Of a stretch of 64,000 nt of DNA, positions 27,297-36,454 are shown piece after piece. A program made the position numbers and the translations under genes. Source of the DNA: a virus. Lineage: Duplodnaviria > Heunggongvirae > Uroviricota > Caudoviricetes. The stretch is from the IMG/VR virus record IMGVR_UViG_2862035965_000001; one strand, 5' to 3'. A model generated the notes under the pieces. It searched no databases, was not told the DNA's origin, and saw only the letters and a list, made by a program, of their open reading frames with translations. Position 1 is the first letter of the stretch. Each line of letters begins with the position of its first letter.

Positions 27297-27791
27297 ATGG
27301 CTCGAACCACACCTCCACCGGCTGATGTTCTCAGCATCATTAACCGCAGGCGTAGCCATGCTGCGCAGATTCGCCCCAGTCGTGAAGCCGGCCTACAGCT
27401 CGGTCTGCCTCGCGGCATGTGGATCGCCGTGCACGAACTATACGGCAGGTGTATGGTCGCACCATCACCTAATCCAGCGCGCAACAACTGCTACGAGGCT
27501 CTGTACCTTGACCGAGACAACCACATTGTCGTTGTTGGAGATTTCCAGCTCGATGAGCTTGCACCTGTTGTTGCTACAGAACTCCCCTCGTGGGCTATGA
27601 CAATCACACACGACACTTACGGCCTCTGTGTCGTATCGAGTAAGCCCAATATCATGCCGGCAGGCTTCCCCCTTGGCAACCTCTACAACAACATGCACAT
27701 GGCGCTGGTCTTTAACGGGCTGTCTGACATGCCGATGCAGACCACGTTAAGCCCCGAACACATCGCAACACTACAAGAAAGAACCACTTAA
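27297..27791 (+). CDS. small protein with 2 copies of the repeat domain
   Basis: LPRGMWIAVHELYGRCMVAPSPNP and LPSWAMTITHDTYGLCVVSSKPN. The C-terminus is colinear with the 25906-26337 protein. Confidence 0.55.
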   Translation: MARTTPPPADVLSIINRRRSHAAQIRPSREAGLQLGLPRGMWIAVHELYGRCMVAPSPNPARNNCYEALYLDRDNHIVVVGDFQLDELAPVVATELPSWAMTITHDTYGLCVVSSKPNIMPAGFPLGNLYNNMHMALVFNGLSDMPMQTTLSPEHIATLQERTT

Positions 27792-27793
27792 TC

Positions 27794-28339
27794 ATGACTA
27801 TCCCACAAGAGGTACTAGACAGCCCGGAATACCGTGTGATCAGCGCCTTCTACGACGGTCAGTCTGCTGCACGTACGGGGCTACCCTATATCAAACACAT
27901 TGATGAGGGCTTGGCTGTGCTCGATCGTATTCATGCATCACTGTCAACGCGTAAAGCCTATTGTCTGCATCCTATTTTCCAAGGGACACACAGCTTTAAA
28001 GATCTAGAAGGTAAAAAGAACGCAACACCTATCATTGTCGGCGTTAATATTTCTCTCGCCGATCTTGATCCTTTGGCTGTTATTTATGCCACGGAGTACC
28101 GCCACACTGCGAACAACCACCTGGTCAAGCACCATACTGGACCAGATCAGAAGATCGCATTGTCACCGCTGCACGGTGTCAACGACATGCTCATTGCCGA
28201 CAAGATTCAAAACTATGCTGACTTCATGAAGTATCACTATGGCGCCCATACCAACAGCGACAATCTTCATGCCTATTTCCTTAACTGGCATCGTCACCTC
28301 GGCGTTGACTTTCATGATTTTGCTGACCTGTGGAGTTAA
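27794..28339 (+). CDS. hypothetical His-rich protein
   Basis: 181 aa with many His residues, possibly metal-dependent. No confident family. Confidence 0.5.
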   Translation: MTIPQEVLDSPEYRVISAFYDGQSAARTGLPYIKHIDEGLAVLDRIHASLSTRKAYCLHPIFQGTHSFKDLEGKKNATPIIVGVNISLADLDPLAVIYATEYRHTANNHLVKHHTGPDQKIALSPLHGVNDMLIADKIQNYADFMKYHYGAHTNSDNLHAYFLNWHRHLGVDFHDFADLWS

Positions 28340-28372
28340 CCAGCCTGGATTAAGTAGTATTCAATGTCGCAG

Positions 28373-28409
28373 CCCCGTAACTTAAGTCAATTAGTTATGG
28401 GGTTTTGTT
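28373..28409 (+). terminator. hairpin plus T-run (CCCCGTAACTTAAGTCAATTAGTTATGGGG)
   Basis: The stem is shared with the element at 29654. Confidence 0.5.
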
Positions 28410-28466
28410 ATTATTAAATTTAGTAATTAAATTTCTACGTCATCCCCGATAAGAATAGGACACATC

Positions 28467-29624
28467 ATGCGTCAACCCGCCATCAACGAGCTGATGCAAG
28501 CTCCCCACCCCTACACCGTCCATGAGCTGCTGAGAGCACCACACAACTTCACCATCAACGAACTACAGTTCACCCAAGCACTCGCTCGCGGACAACATGT
28601 CATCATCATCTCCCTCTGGGCCGACCGATGCTTTCTTTTTGAACCCACCCTTCGTCAAATCCTTAACGAGAGCACCCGTGAGATCGTTCCACAGCTGCAC
28701 CTGCCGAAGATGACCATCGACTTTGACGTGGAAGCTGCAGGACATCGTATCGAGAACCAGCGCACTGTTGTACAAAACAAGGGTAAGCGTATTTTGCCAC
28801 CGGGCTACGACATCGCTTTTCACGGTGACTACGGTTATGTCCTCACGCTGCCTCATTTCGCGGGTCGCTTAAGTGCAGAGTCCCCATCAAGCACCCACTT
28901 CATCTACTACGAATCAGCGGGTGGTCCGTACCACATGGAATTCGGCATCGCTCGACCCGGCACACTTAAATGGGACAGAGTGGACACCTCCACTAATGAT
29001 GCGCTGCTTTATGCGTTCAACAGCAAGCTCGGTGGAATCAGGCTCGCATACGATACCCACGGACCACTTATCGTTTCCCCTGGCGCAGACGCTGATGGAT
29101 GTCACGCTATCTATCGGCCCGTCCGCGACAACCACAACAATGTTTATGACACCTCATGGATTAACTGGCAGGCTACTCTCCTCATTGACCAATTCTCATT
29201 CGCGCCAATCCACTCACTCGGTGACCCCGACCTTGAGTCACGAGAGCCAATCAACCCTGATCACGTACTACCAGAGGGTATGTTGCTGGCGATTGACGAG
29301 GAGGTTGGTCCTGTTGTCGTATCACCGCACGCCAATGAGCGTCAGTGCCACAACATCTTCCACGATGCCCTCTTCAATACCTCTGTCTCGGATCGACCAC
29401 TAACCCACCTTGCTCAGATCAGTTACCTCGAACTCGCGGACCTCCCCGACAACCTCAGGCTTGCTGACCACCCCGACTACGGTCGAGTCGTCGTTGGTGA
29501 ATCTGATCTCCCATGGAATGACGAGGGTGAATGCGACATTTTCCGCCTGTGCAGCATTGATGAATCCCCTGCCGGTGCTATCCACGATCGCATTCAAGAA
29601 TCTGAGCTGTCGTTCATCAGCTAA
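28467..29624 (+). CDS. protein with 4 copies of the LPxG...HPxYGR-type repeat domain
   Basis: 385 aa. LPPGYDIAFHGDYGYVL, IRLAYDTHGPLIVSP, LPEGMLLAIDEEVGPVVVSPHANE and LPDNLRLADHPDYGRVVVGESD. Confidence 0.6.
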   Translation: MRQPAINELMQAPHPYTVHELLRAPHNFTINELQFTQALARGQHVIIISLWADRCFLFEPTLRQILNESTREIVPQLHLPKMTIDFDVEAAGHRIENQRTVVQNKGKRILPPGYDIAFHGDYGYVLTLPHFAGRLSAESPSSTHFIYYESAGGPYHMEFGIARPGTLKWDRVDTSTNDALLYAFNSKLGGIRLAYDTHGPLIVSPGADADGCHAIYRPVRDNHNNVYDTSWINWQATLLIDQFSFAPIHSLGDPDLESREPINPDHVLPEGMLLAIDEEVGPVVVSPHANERQCHNIFHDALFNTSVSDRPLTHLAQISYLELADLPDNLRLADHPDYGRVVVGESDLPWNDEGECDIFRLCSIDESPAGAIHDRIQESELSFIS

Positions 29625-29653
29625 TTAGCCCGAATTAAGCAGTAGCCAACTCC

Positions 29654-29692
29654 ACAGCCCCGTAACTTAAGTCACTTAGCTACGGGGCTGTG
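29654..29692 (+). terminator. conserved hairpin (CACAGCCCCGTAACTTAAGTCACTTAGCTACGGGGCTGTG), no U-tail
   Basis: Homologous to the 28373 hairpin. It lacks a T-run, so it may be an RNA structure or processing element rather than a simple terminator. Confidence 0.4.
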
Positions 29693-29722
29693 CTAATACT
29701 ATCAACACAGAAAGGAACTCCC

Positions 29723-30025
29723 ATGTCTGATACCCAGAAAACAGAGTTCGACATTGACTGGCAGGCTGAATGCATCCGGCTTGACCGAGAGAACCAAGAA
29801 TTCATGCGAGCCATCTATGAGAAGCAGCAGCGCGACAAGCTGGAACAAACCACTGAATTCCGCATCGTCAACGAGTCAAATGGCACTGTCCACCGCGACA
29901 ACATCACCGACTACAACGAAGCACGCACTATTGCACAGCTCTACGACAACGCTGTCATTCAAACCCGACCAGCGTACCCATGGAAAACACTCACACCATC
30001 TACCAGCACAGATTCAGGAAACTAA
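29723..30025 (+). CDS. hypothetical small protein
   Basis: ATG at 29723 after an AGAAAGGAA ribosome-binding site. Confidence 0.5.
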   Translation: MSDTQKTEFDIDWQAECIRLDRENQEFMRAIYEKQQRDKLEQTTEFRIVNESNGTVHRDNITDYNEARTIAQLYDNAVIQTRPAYPWKTLTPSTSTDSGN

Positions 30026-30027
30026 TC

Positions 30028-30693
30028 ATGACTAACGCACGTACTATCCCAGAAGACCAACGACTACCTGAAGGCATGTGGTTGGGCTGTGAATTCCGAA
30101 CCGACGAGATCATGGTGATGTCGCCACATAAATCAACAATGTCTGGTTGGGACACCTTCTCCAACAGCGATGATGCAGAGCTCCCCTCATATGGCACCAT
30201 TGAACCTGGTGATGTCGAAGAAATCCCTTATGAAGGTACTCGCAGTTTGCCAGCTCATCTTCGACTCGCTGACCACCCTGACTATGGTCGAGTCATTGTC
30301 TCTCGATGCACCAGCGACGAAAACTCTGACTTCTTTGAGATTTTTCGACCATCTACACGCTATCCATCCGGTGCCGGTCAAAGCTTCGTCCACATAAACA
30401 CCCTACATTTCTCTGACAACACACTCGCTGATATGGACAGAAACGCACGCCAAGGCTGTGTCGGCATGTGGGCCAACGTTGTCACAGATCCAAACGATCC
30501 CATCAACAGCACTGTGCAAGCTGTTATTTTGAACCCCGGTCAAGACCCCGATTACCCAGATGAGTACCGGGTCAGCAACGCAGCCATTGGCTTTGAAAAC
30601 ACCTCACCCGAGCTGGTGACACCACTGTTTAATATGCCCCGCGCCTATGACCGCAACGGCAATCCGCCAGGTCACCCCAACTTTAAGGAGTAA
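30028..30693 (+). CDS. protein with 2 copies of the repeat domain
   Basis: LPEGMWLGCEFRTDEIMVMSPHKS and LPAHLRLADHPDYGRVIVSRCTSD. The start is 3 nt after the previous stop. Confidence 0.55.
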   Translation: MTNARTIPEDQRLPEGMWLGCEFRTDEIMVMSPHKSTMSGWDTFSNSDDAELPSYGTIEPGDVEEIPYEGTRSLPAHLRLADHPDYGRVIVSRCTSDENSDFFEIFRPSTRYPSGAGQSFVHINTLHFSDNTLADMDRNARQGCVGMWANVVTDPNDPINSTVQAVILNPGQDPDYPDEYRVSNAAIGFENTSPELVTPLFNMPRAYDRNGNPPGHPNFKE

Positions 30694-30700
30694 CCCACCC

Positions 30701-30925
30701 ATGTCTACACCTAAAAAGGCACAAGAACTCAGCGGCGTCAATATTGGCGATGTTGTTAGTTTCTCTCACGAGGGCGCCGATATTCGCGGCATCCTGCGAC
30801 AAATTCATCATGACGGTAACAGCACGTACTTGAGCCTCATCGACATCGAATATGACGCTAAGAACAATTATGACTTCCCCGAATACGACTGCGACCCCAA
30901 CGACATCATCAACCTAGAAAGATAA
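30701..30925 (+). CDS. hypothetical small protein (paralog pair with 30932)
   Basis: ATG at 30701. MSTPKKAQELSGVNIGD... Confidence 0.45.
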   Translation: MSTPKKAQELSGVNIGDVVSFSHEGADIRGILRQIHHDGNSTYLSLIDIEYDAKNNYDFPEYDCDPNDIINLER

Positions 30926-30931
30926 ACACCC

Positions 30932-31174
30932 ATGTCTGCACTCAAGAAAGCAGCAGAACTTAATGCGACCAATATTGGACAAGGAATTCGATTCATCAAC
31001 AGTCGTGGAATCATCCCCTATGAGGTCAATATGGAACTGCGACAGATCAACCACAACGGCGCCGAGACTGTGCTCGATGGGTACATCATCGACGGTGACA
31101 ACCTTGTCACCGGTACTGAACTTGAACAATTTCTTATTTCCCCCAGTGCCCAGGTCATCATCTACGACATCTAA
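30932..31174 (+). CDS. hypothetical small protein (paralog of 30701)
   Basis: MSALKKAAELNATNIGQG..., colinear with the previous protein. Confidence 0.45.
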   Translation: MSALKKAAELNATNIGQGIRFINSRGIIPYEVNMELRQINHNGAETVLDGYIIDGDNLVTGTELEQFLISPSAQVIIYDI

Positions 31175-31318
31175 TTCTTAACCTGTAACGCCCTTCGCGC
31201 TGGGATAACAGGACATGTCATACCTGTCCCGGCGTGCTTTAAAAATATCTCAGCACATATATACTATATGTGCACCATATATACAGTTTTTAATCAAGAA
31301 AGCAGGTAGCACTCCCCC

Positions 31319-32695
31319 ATGGGACTAGTCCTTATTATTGGCGGCGTGATCGTCGTCGGTATTATTCTCGCCATCGTCGCAGGCATTATTTCACTGTTTT
31401 CCCGTACCTGGATCAAGGTCGCAGCAGCCGATGAAGCACTCATTGTCTCTGCGAAGGGGAAGGGTGAGTCGCAGGTCATTGTCCACGGCAAAGCCGTGGT
31501 GATGCCGATTACCCAGACTCACCAGAAGATTTCTCTTCGTTCCCGACAAGTGAACATGCAGGTCACCGCGCAAAGCGATGACAATGTAACCCTTAATGTT
31601 GAAGCGGTTGCACTGGTGAAGATTGGCTCTGAGCACGAATTTATCCGCCGTGCAGCACAGCGTTTCGCATCCAGCGACAAGGAAATCGCACAGTTTACTC
31701 AGGACCAGCTCGAAGGTGTCCTGCGCGGTGTCGTCGCACAGCAGACGGTGACCTCACTCATGCGTGAACGCAAGAAGTTCTCCGAGCAGATCGCAGAGAC
31801 TGTCATTCCAGAACTAGAAAAACAGGGTCTGAACCTTGACTCTTTCCAGATTCGTGGCATTACTGATTCTGTAGGCTACATCAATTCTCTTGGAGCACCA
31901 GAAATTCAGGCCAAGCGCCAAGCTGCAGAAATCGCTGAGTCTGAGGCAGCACGCGCCATTGCAAAATCTCGTATTGCTAACCAAGAAGCAGATCTTATCG
32001 AGCAAACACAACTTGATGAGAACAAGGCTGCATCTGATGCCCGCATCGGTGAGGCACGTGCCCAGGCTATGCAGGCAGAACGCCTTGCTGATGAAAAAGC
32101 CCGCCAGGAAGTTCTCGCACAGCAGGCAGAAAATAAACAGATTGAGCTGGAAGCACAGGTCAACAAGGTCGCCGATGCAGAACGATACCGCCGCAAGCAG
32201 CAGGTAGAGGCTGATACCTTCGAGCAGACTCGTCGTGCCCAGGCGAAGGCAGAAATTGCCGAAGCTGAAGCACAAGCTCTTAAAACCCACGCTGAAGCAG
32301 AGGCCGAGGCTGTGCGTCTTAAAGGTCAAGCAGAAGCTGAGGCAATTAAGGCCAAGGCAGAAGCCTACCGCGAGAACCAGGAGGCACTACTGGCACAGCA
32401 GGCCATGGAAATTCTGCCAGATCTCATGGCACAGTTTGCCCACGGCTACGCCAACATTGGTTCCATGACCGTGCTTGCTGGCGGTGGCGCCACCTCTGGT
32501 GATGCTGCAGCTATTGGTGGCAATCTCGCCGGCGAACAGGCTGTTGCATTACAAGGTGTTTTCGCCACCGTGAAGCAGACCACCGGCATTGATCTTGCTG
32601 AACTGATTCAAGGTCGTGCACTCGGTCAGGCGCAAGGTGAAGCACAAGGCAACGCTATTGCAGCAGCCCTTGAGCAGGCACCTCGCAATGAGTAG
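31319..32695 (+). CDS. flotillin-like SPFH (band-7) domain protein
   Basis: 458 aa with an N-terminal TM helix, an SPFH-domain core and a long E/A/Q-rich coiled-coil repeat region (AEAEAQALKTHAEAEAEAVRLKGQAEAEAIKAKAEA), typical of FloT/YuaG-type flotillins. Confidence 0.8.
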   Translation: MGLVLIIGGVIVVGIILAIVAGIISLFSRTWIKVAAADEALIVSAKGKGESQVIVHGKAVVMPITQTHQKISLRSRQVNMQVTAQSDDNVTLNVEAVALVKIGSEHEFIRRAAQRFASSDKEIAQFTQDQLEGVLRGVVAQQTVTSLMRERKKFSEQIAETVIPELEKQGLNLDSFQIRGITDSVGYINSLGAPEIQAKRQAAEIAESEAARAIAKSRIANQEADLIEQTQLDENKAASDARIGEARAQAMQAERLADEKARQEVLAQQAENKQIELEAQVNKVADAERYRRKQQVEADTFEQTRRAQAKAEIAEAEAQALKTHAEAEAEAVRLKGQAEAEAIKAKAEAYRENQEALLAQQAMEILPDLMAQFAHGYANIGSMTVLAGGGATSGDAAAIGGNLAGEQAVALQGVFATVKQTTGIDLAELIQGRALGQAQGEAQGNAIAAALEQAPRNE

Positions 32696-32715
32696 TAATT
32701 AACACATCCCACTTA

Positions 32716-32760
32716 AACCCCCTATAAGCAGCTGACACTAGTTGTTTATAGGGGGTTTTT
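32716..32760 (+). terminator. intrinsic terminator (AACCCCCTATAA...TTATAGGGGGTT plus TTTTT)
   Basis: Hairpin plus T-run after the flotillin gene. Confidence 0.55.
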
Positions 32761-32785
32761 CATCTGCACAGATACAGTTAGTCGC

Positions 32786-33244
32786 ATGTACGCGCATTAC
32801 ATTTTAGACACCATGCTTAATCGCTCTATCAAGCAGATTGAGCAACGCCTGGATCGACAAGACACCACCATCAGCGACGCCATCGCCGATAGCGTGCACG
32901 ACGAGCTGCATGAATACGCAACGGCTAATGCACCCTGTGACAGCAACAAACAAGCACTCCTTGGTCATGTCGAGCTTGATATAGCGGATCTACAGATCAT
33001 TATTGACAGCATTCACCCTGCACAGGGCGCAGATATGGTGGTGTGCGGCACAGTCTCAGCATCGACAACGACACTGTTTTATACCGTTGATGAGGTCTTT
33101 ACCCAAGGCTGGCGCAGTCACTTTGGGTCAGTGCTTGTCGAAGGCAGCTTCGCATTGTTGATCGACCCAGACAGCTGTGACGTGCACAATCTTGATCTTG
33201 TCGGTCAACAGCACGTGCACTGGGTGCCAGCTCGACAGCCGTAA
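32786..33244 (+). CDS. hypothetical protein
   Basis: 152-aa ORF with an ATG start. Confidence 0.5.
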   Translation: MYAHYILDTMLNRSIKQIEQRLDRQDTTISDAIADSVHDELHEYATANAPCDSNKQALLGHVELDIADLQIIIDSIHPAQGADMVVCGTVSASTTTLFYTVDEVFTQGWRSHFGSVLVEGSFALLIDPDSCDVHNLDLVGQQHVHWVPARQP

Positions 33245-33402
33245 AGAAGCCGTAGGTCTTTTTCGCTCGGAGTGTAAACACTATCCCGAGCGAACATGGG
33301 CGGAAGCCCATGTCGGGGTGTTGTGCGAATCGCTGTGTGAGGACTACCGCAGCGTGAAAAAACAACTACCAAACAACACTTATAAAGAAAGACCTTTTGC
33401 TC

Positions 33403-33972
33403 ATGACCTCTACATCTGTCCCTACCACCGCTTTTAACGACCACCTTGTCCCCTTAGCCGAGCTTGATGAGCAAGCTCTGCGCGACAGCGTTGGTTCCTG
33501 GGCACATTATACGCACCCGCTTGACCAGCGCGAAGAACCCGAACTCGTTCTTATTCGCCGCGTCAACAGCTCAGAACGCGTCTGGGTCTTAAGTTTCACT
33601 GACCTACGTGCCGATGCAGGTCTCGTGCCTCGTACCGCGCCTAATGCTGATCCAGCAAATATTCGCAACACCATTTTCGCCGTGGCCGTTCGTGATCTTG
33701 TCCTTGATCGCTCACTTCCACGGTTGCTCAATCCTACTGGCGAACCCCCAGCTGGCGAATGGGAAGAAGGCTTTGTCTACGTCGATTATGACCAGAGCGA
33801 CACCGTAGATGGCTACCTCATTGGGCACAGCGAACCTGTCTCCATCGAAAGCCAAACCACCGGCGAAATGCACTACTTCACTAAAGTTCCAGGTGGTGTG
33901 GCTGTTGCCAACAATCCCGATGGCACCGAACAAGGTGTTGCACACCGCTGGGTCAGCCACTGGGAATCTTAA
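33403..33972 (+). CDS. hypothetical protein
   Basis: ATG at 33403 after an AAAGAAAG ribosome-binding site. Confidence 0.5.
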   Translation: MTSTSVPTTAFNDHLVPLAELDEQALRDSVGSWAHYTHPLDQREEPELVLIRRVNSSERVWVLSFTDLRADAGLVPRTAPNADPANIRNTIFAVAVRDLVLDRSLPRLLNPTGEPPAGEWEEGFVYVDYDQSDTVDGYLIGHSEPVSIESQTTGEMHYFTKVPGGVAVANNPDGTEQGVAHRWVSHWES

Positions 33973-33995
33973 GACACAAGAAAGTAGCACTAGCT

Positions 33996-34298
33996 ATGCC
34001 TAATCACCCACCAATTTCCACCTTCGATGACCGTCGCTCTGCTGTGCGCGAAGCTATTACTGATTATCTTGCCAATGCATATGCAGATGGGTTAGGCGGT
34101 TACAGCATCAGCGACACCCACCTCGACAACCTTGCTGAGAAATTCACCCGCACACATGATGAAGCACAGTACGATGCCGGCTTTGATCCTAATGATCTTG
34201 AACCAGAGACTTTTGTTCGTGACATTGAGATGAGCTGGGATGAGCGCGCTATTAATCGTGCACTGATTCCCCTCACCCGAGAACACCCACAATGGTGA
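33996..34298 (+). CDS. hypothetical protein (paralog of 34450-35142 N-terminus)
   Basis: RRSAVREAITDYLANAY compared with SRKAAIRDAILAYVNNI in the downstream gene. Confidence 0.5.
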   Translation: MPNHPPISTFDDRRSAVREAITDYLANAYADGLGGYSISDTHLDNLAEKFTRTHDEAQYDAGFDPNDLEPETFVRDIEMSWDERAINRALIPLTREHPQW

Positions 34299-34449
34299 TT
34301 TTGCAGTCAACATCGTTGTGCACCAGGGTGATAGTGACACTGACAAACTTGTACCCGGCACAGTGCCACTGTATCGAGAGGGCGGTCTGGTCAGCGAAGA
34401 CATAGAAATCATCTACCAATAACACACGACTGTGAAGAAAGAAGCTGCA

Positions 34450-35142
34450 ATGTCCACCACATCCACCTATGAGAGCCGCAAGGCAGCTATTCGCGACGCT
34501 ATTCTCGCCTATGTCAACAACATCAAGACTGCTGCACCCTACAGCCTTCATGCCCATGATCTCGAACAGCTTGCTGTAGATCTCACCTACAGCATCGAGG
34601 TTGGTCTCGGTGAGATTGATATTGATCCTGATGCTGTCGAAGCATCTGAGCTCGCCCAAGACATTGAGCTTGACTGGATTAAACGAGAAATCAACAAAAA
34701 GCTTGTGCTTCCCACCCGAAAGCACAGCTTTGACTTCATGCTCAGCGACGGAACAAAAGTCTCGGTCGCAGCCTTTGTCAAAGGTTTCAACATCACCGAC
34801 ACACTTGGTCAGACTACTGATGTGCAGACCCTTGACACCATCAACTCAGAGCGCGTCGCTCATGGCATCGAACTTGGTGCTGTACGTCTCTATGGTCATA
34901 TTGGCGCCGATTCTTTAGATGATCTTGAGCTGCGTTATGTCCCTATTACCCAGCTAAAGAAAACACCACTGAGCTGGAACTCTGTCGGCACTGATATGGA
35001 AAAAGTGATCAACAACGGCGATGTTGCTATCACTGTTGAAGTCAACCGCCCACGTCATGAAGAAGAAACCGGCACGGTACCAATCTATGCCGAAGACGGC
35101 GAGACCGCCGTCGATGAGGTAGAAATCTTCTACCAAGAGTAG
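34450..35142 (+). CDS. hypothetical protein (paralog of 33996-34298 with C-terminal extension)
   Basis: ATG at 34450 after a GAAGAAAGAAG ribosome-binding site. Confidence 0.5.
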   Translation: MSTTSTYESRKAAIRDAILAYVNNIKTAAPYSLHAHDLEQLAVDLTYSIEVGLGEIDIDPDAVEASELAQDIELDWIKREINKKLVLPTRKHSFDFMLSDGTKVSVAAFVKGFNITDTLGQTTDVQTLDTINSERVAHGIELGAVRLYGHIGADSLDDLELRYVPITQLKKTPLSWNSVGTDMEKVINNGDVAITVEVNRPRHEEETGTVPIYAEDGETAVDEVEIFYQE

Positions 35143-35157
35143 ACCAACCCACATAAG

Positions 35158-35204
35158 AAACCCCGTAGCAGTGCTCAGGCGCTGTTACGGGGTTTCTTTT
35201 TTTA
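35158..35204 (+). terminator. intrinsic terminator (AAACCCCGTAGCAG...CTGTTACGGGGTTT plus T-run)
   Basis: Hairpin followed by TTTCTTTTTTT. Confidence 0.6.
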
Positions 35205-35419
35205 ATCCACATCGTCTAATTCAACAAAAAGCATAAGAAGCCCAGCGAACAATGTCTTTTCTTTAGGTTCATTGGGCAGTGCAGCGGGGGCTGCACTCGG
35301 GGTCAGGTGTGAATGCATGGGTCGGCCACAGTGCCATGACCTGCAGCTTCGTGCGCAACCATGTGCGCGAAGAAAACACACTACATAAAAAAACTCACGC
35401 TCATTAAAGGACTAGACCC

Positions 35420-36328
35420 ATGTTCACTCGTACTCTTTTCACCACCTTCATTGCCACTGTTATCGCTATGGTCAGCTTTAGCGCTCACGCATCCGCCATC
35501 TCTGTTGATCACACTCACACCGCAACAAAGCTGTCCAATACCGTATTTGTCGATGCTAATGATCGTTCTTATTGCTCAGGAACCCTTATCTCGAAGCAGC
35601 ATGTACTTACTGCACGCCACTGTTTTGCTGATGATCCGGCCACCGCTGTGACCATCGGGGACGTCATTGACCAGGCTAATTCCCGTGCTGTTATTCACAC
35701 TGTTGTGCATCCAGACGCCGATATTGCGGTACTTACTCTTGATGCACCTGTTCTTGACGCTGCGCCAGCCGCCATTAATCTTGGCTACCAGGGTCACGGC
35801 ACTGCCCTCCATGGTTCCGGCTTTGCCGGCAACTATGGCGAGGGCTCTATCGCACAAGATTTTGCTGGTGATAAGTTCGACAACCGCTTCTATGACGCCT
35901 ACGGCAACACCCTCGTTATCGCAGCACAGCGCGAAATCGTTCACGGTGATTCTGGCTCTGGTCTTAAAGATGACAACGGCGCTGTCGTGGGTGTTCTTGA
36001 CTACCGTTTCCCCGGAATTTTCGGTGAAACAGGGGGTGCCACCATGCACGATTACGGCCAGTGGGTCGTAGACAACACAGGTGGTCAGGCACAAGTCGTA
36101 GACAATCCACAGGGTGCACCAGCAGATGCAGAACCTATGACCGATCGGTACAACGATCTACCAGCACTGATTGCTGAAGGCTTCCAGACACAGACCCAGG
36201 TAGCCACCGAGCAGGTTGAAGCAGCTCACGCTGAGTTCACCGCACAGGTCGATCAGGTTATTGCTGATGCACAGACTCAATTCCAGACCCAGCTCGATGC
36301 AGGACTCGCTGCAGCTCTCAGCTCATAA
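35420..36328 (+). CDS. secreted trypsin-like (S1 family) serine protease
   Basis: Signal peptide, then LTARHCF (His), DIAVLTLD (Asp) and GDSGSG (Ser). Confidence 0.7.
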   Translation: MFTRTLFTTFIATVIAMVSFSAHASAISVDHTHTATKLSNTVFVDANDRSYCSGTLISKQHVLTARHCFADDPATAVTIGDVIDQANSRAVIHTVVHPDADIAVLTLDAPVLDAAPAAINLGYQGHGTALHGSGFAGNYGEGSIAQDFAGDKFDNRFYDAYGNTLVIAAQREIVHGDSGSGLKDDNGAVVGVLDYRFPGIFGETGGATMHDYGQWVVDNTGGQAQVVDNPQGAPADAEPMTDRYNDLPALIAEGFQTQTQVATEQVEAAHAEFTAQVDQVIADAQTQFQTQLDAGLAAALSS

Positions 36329-36454
36329 TGCCACCTAACCAACTCATCTGATTCACCCAACCCCTACCCCTCTGAACAGCTCTTATAGCTGTGCAGTGGG
36401 GTTTTATTCACGCTCGATCACAATTTTCCTAAAGGATTCACAGGTATAACCACC

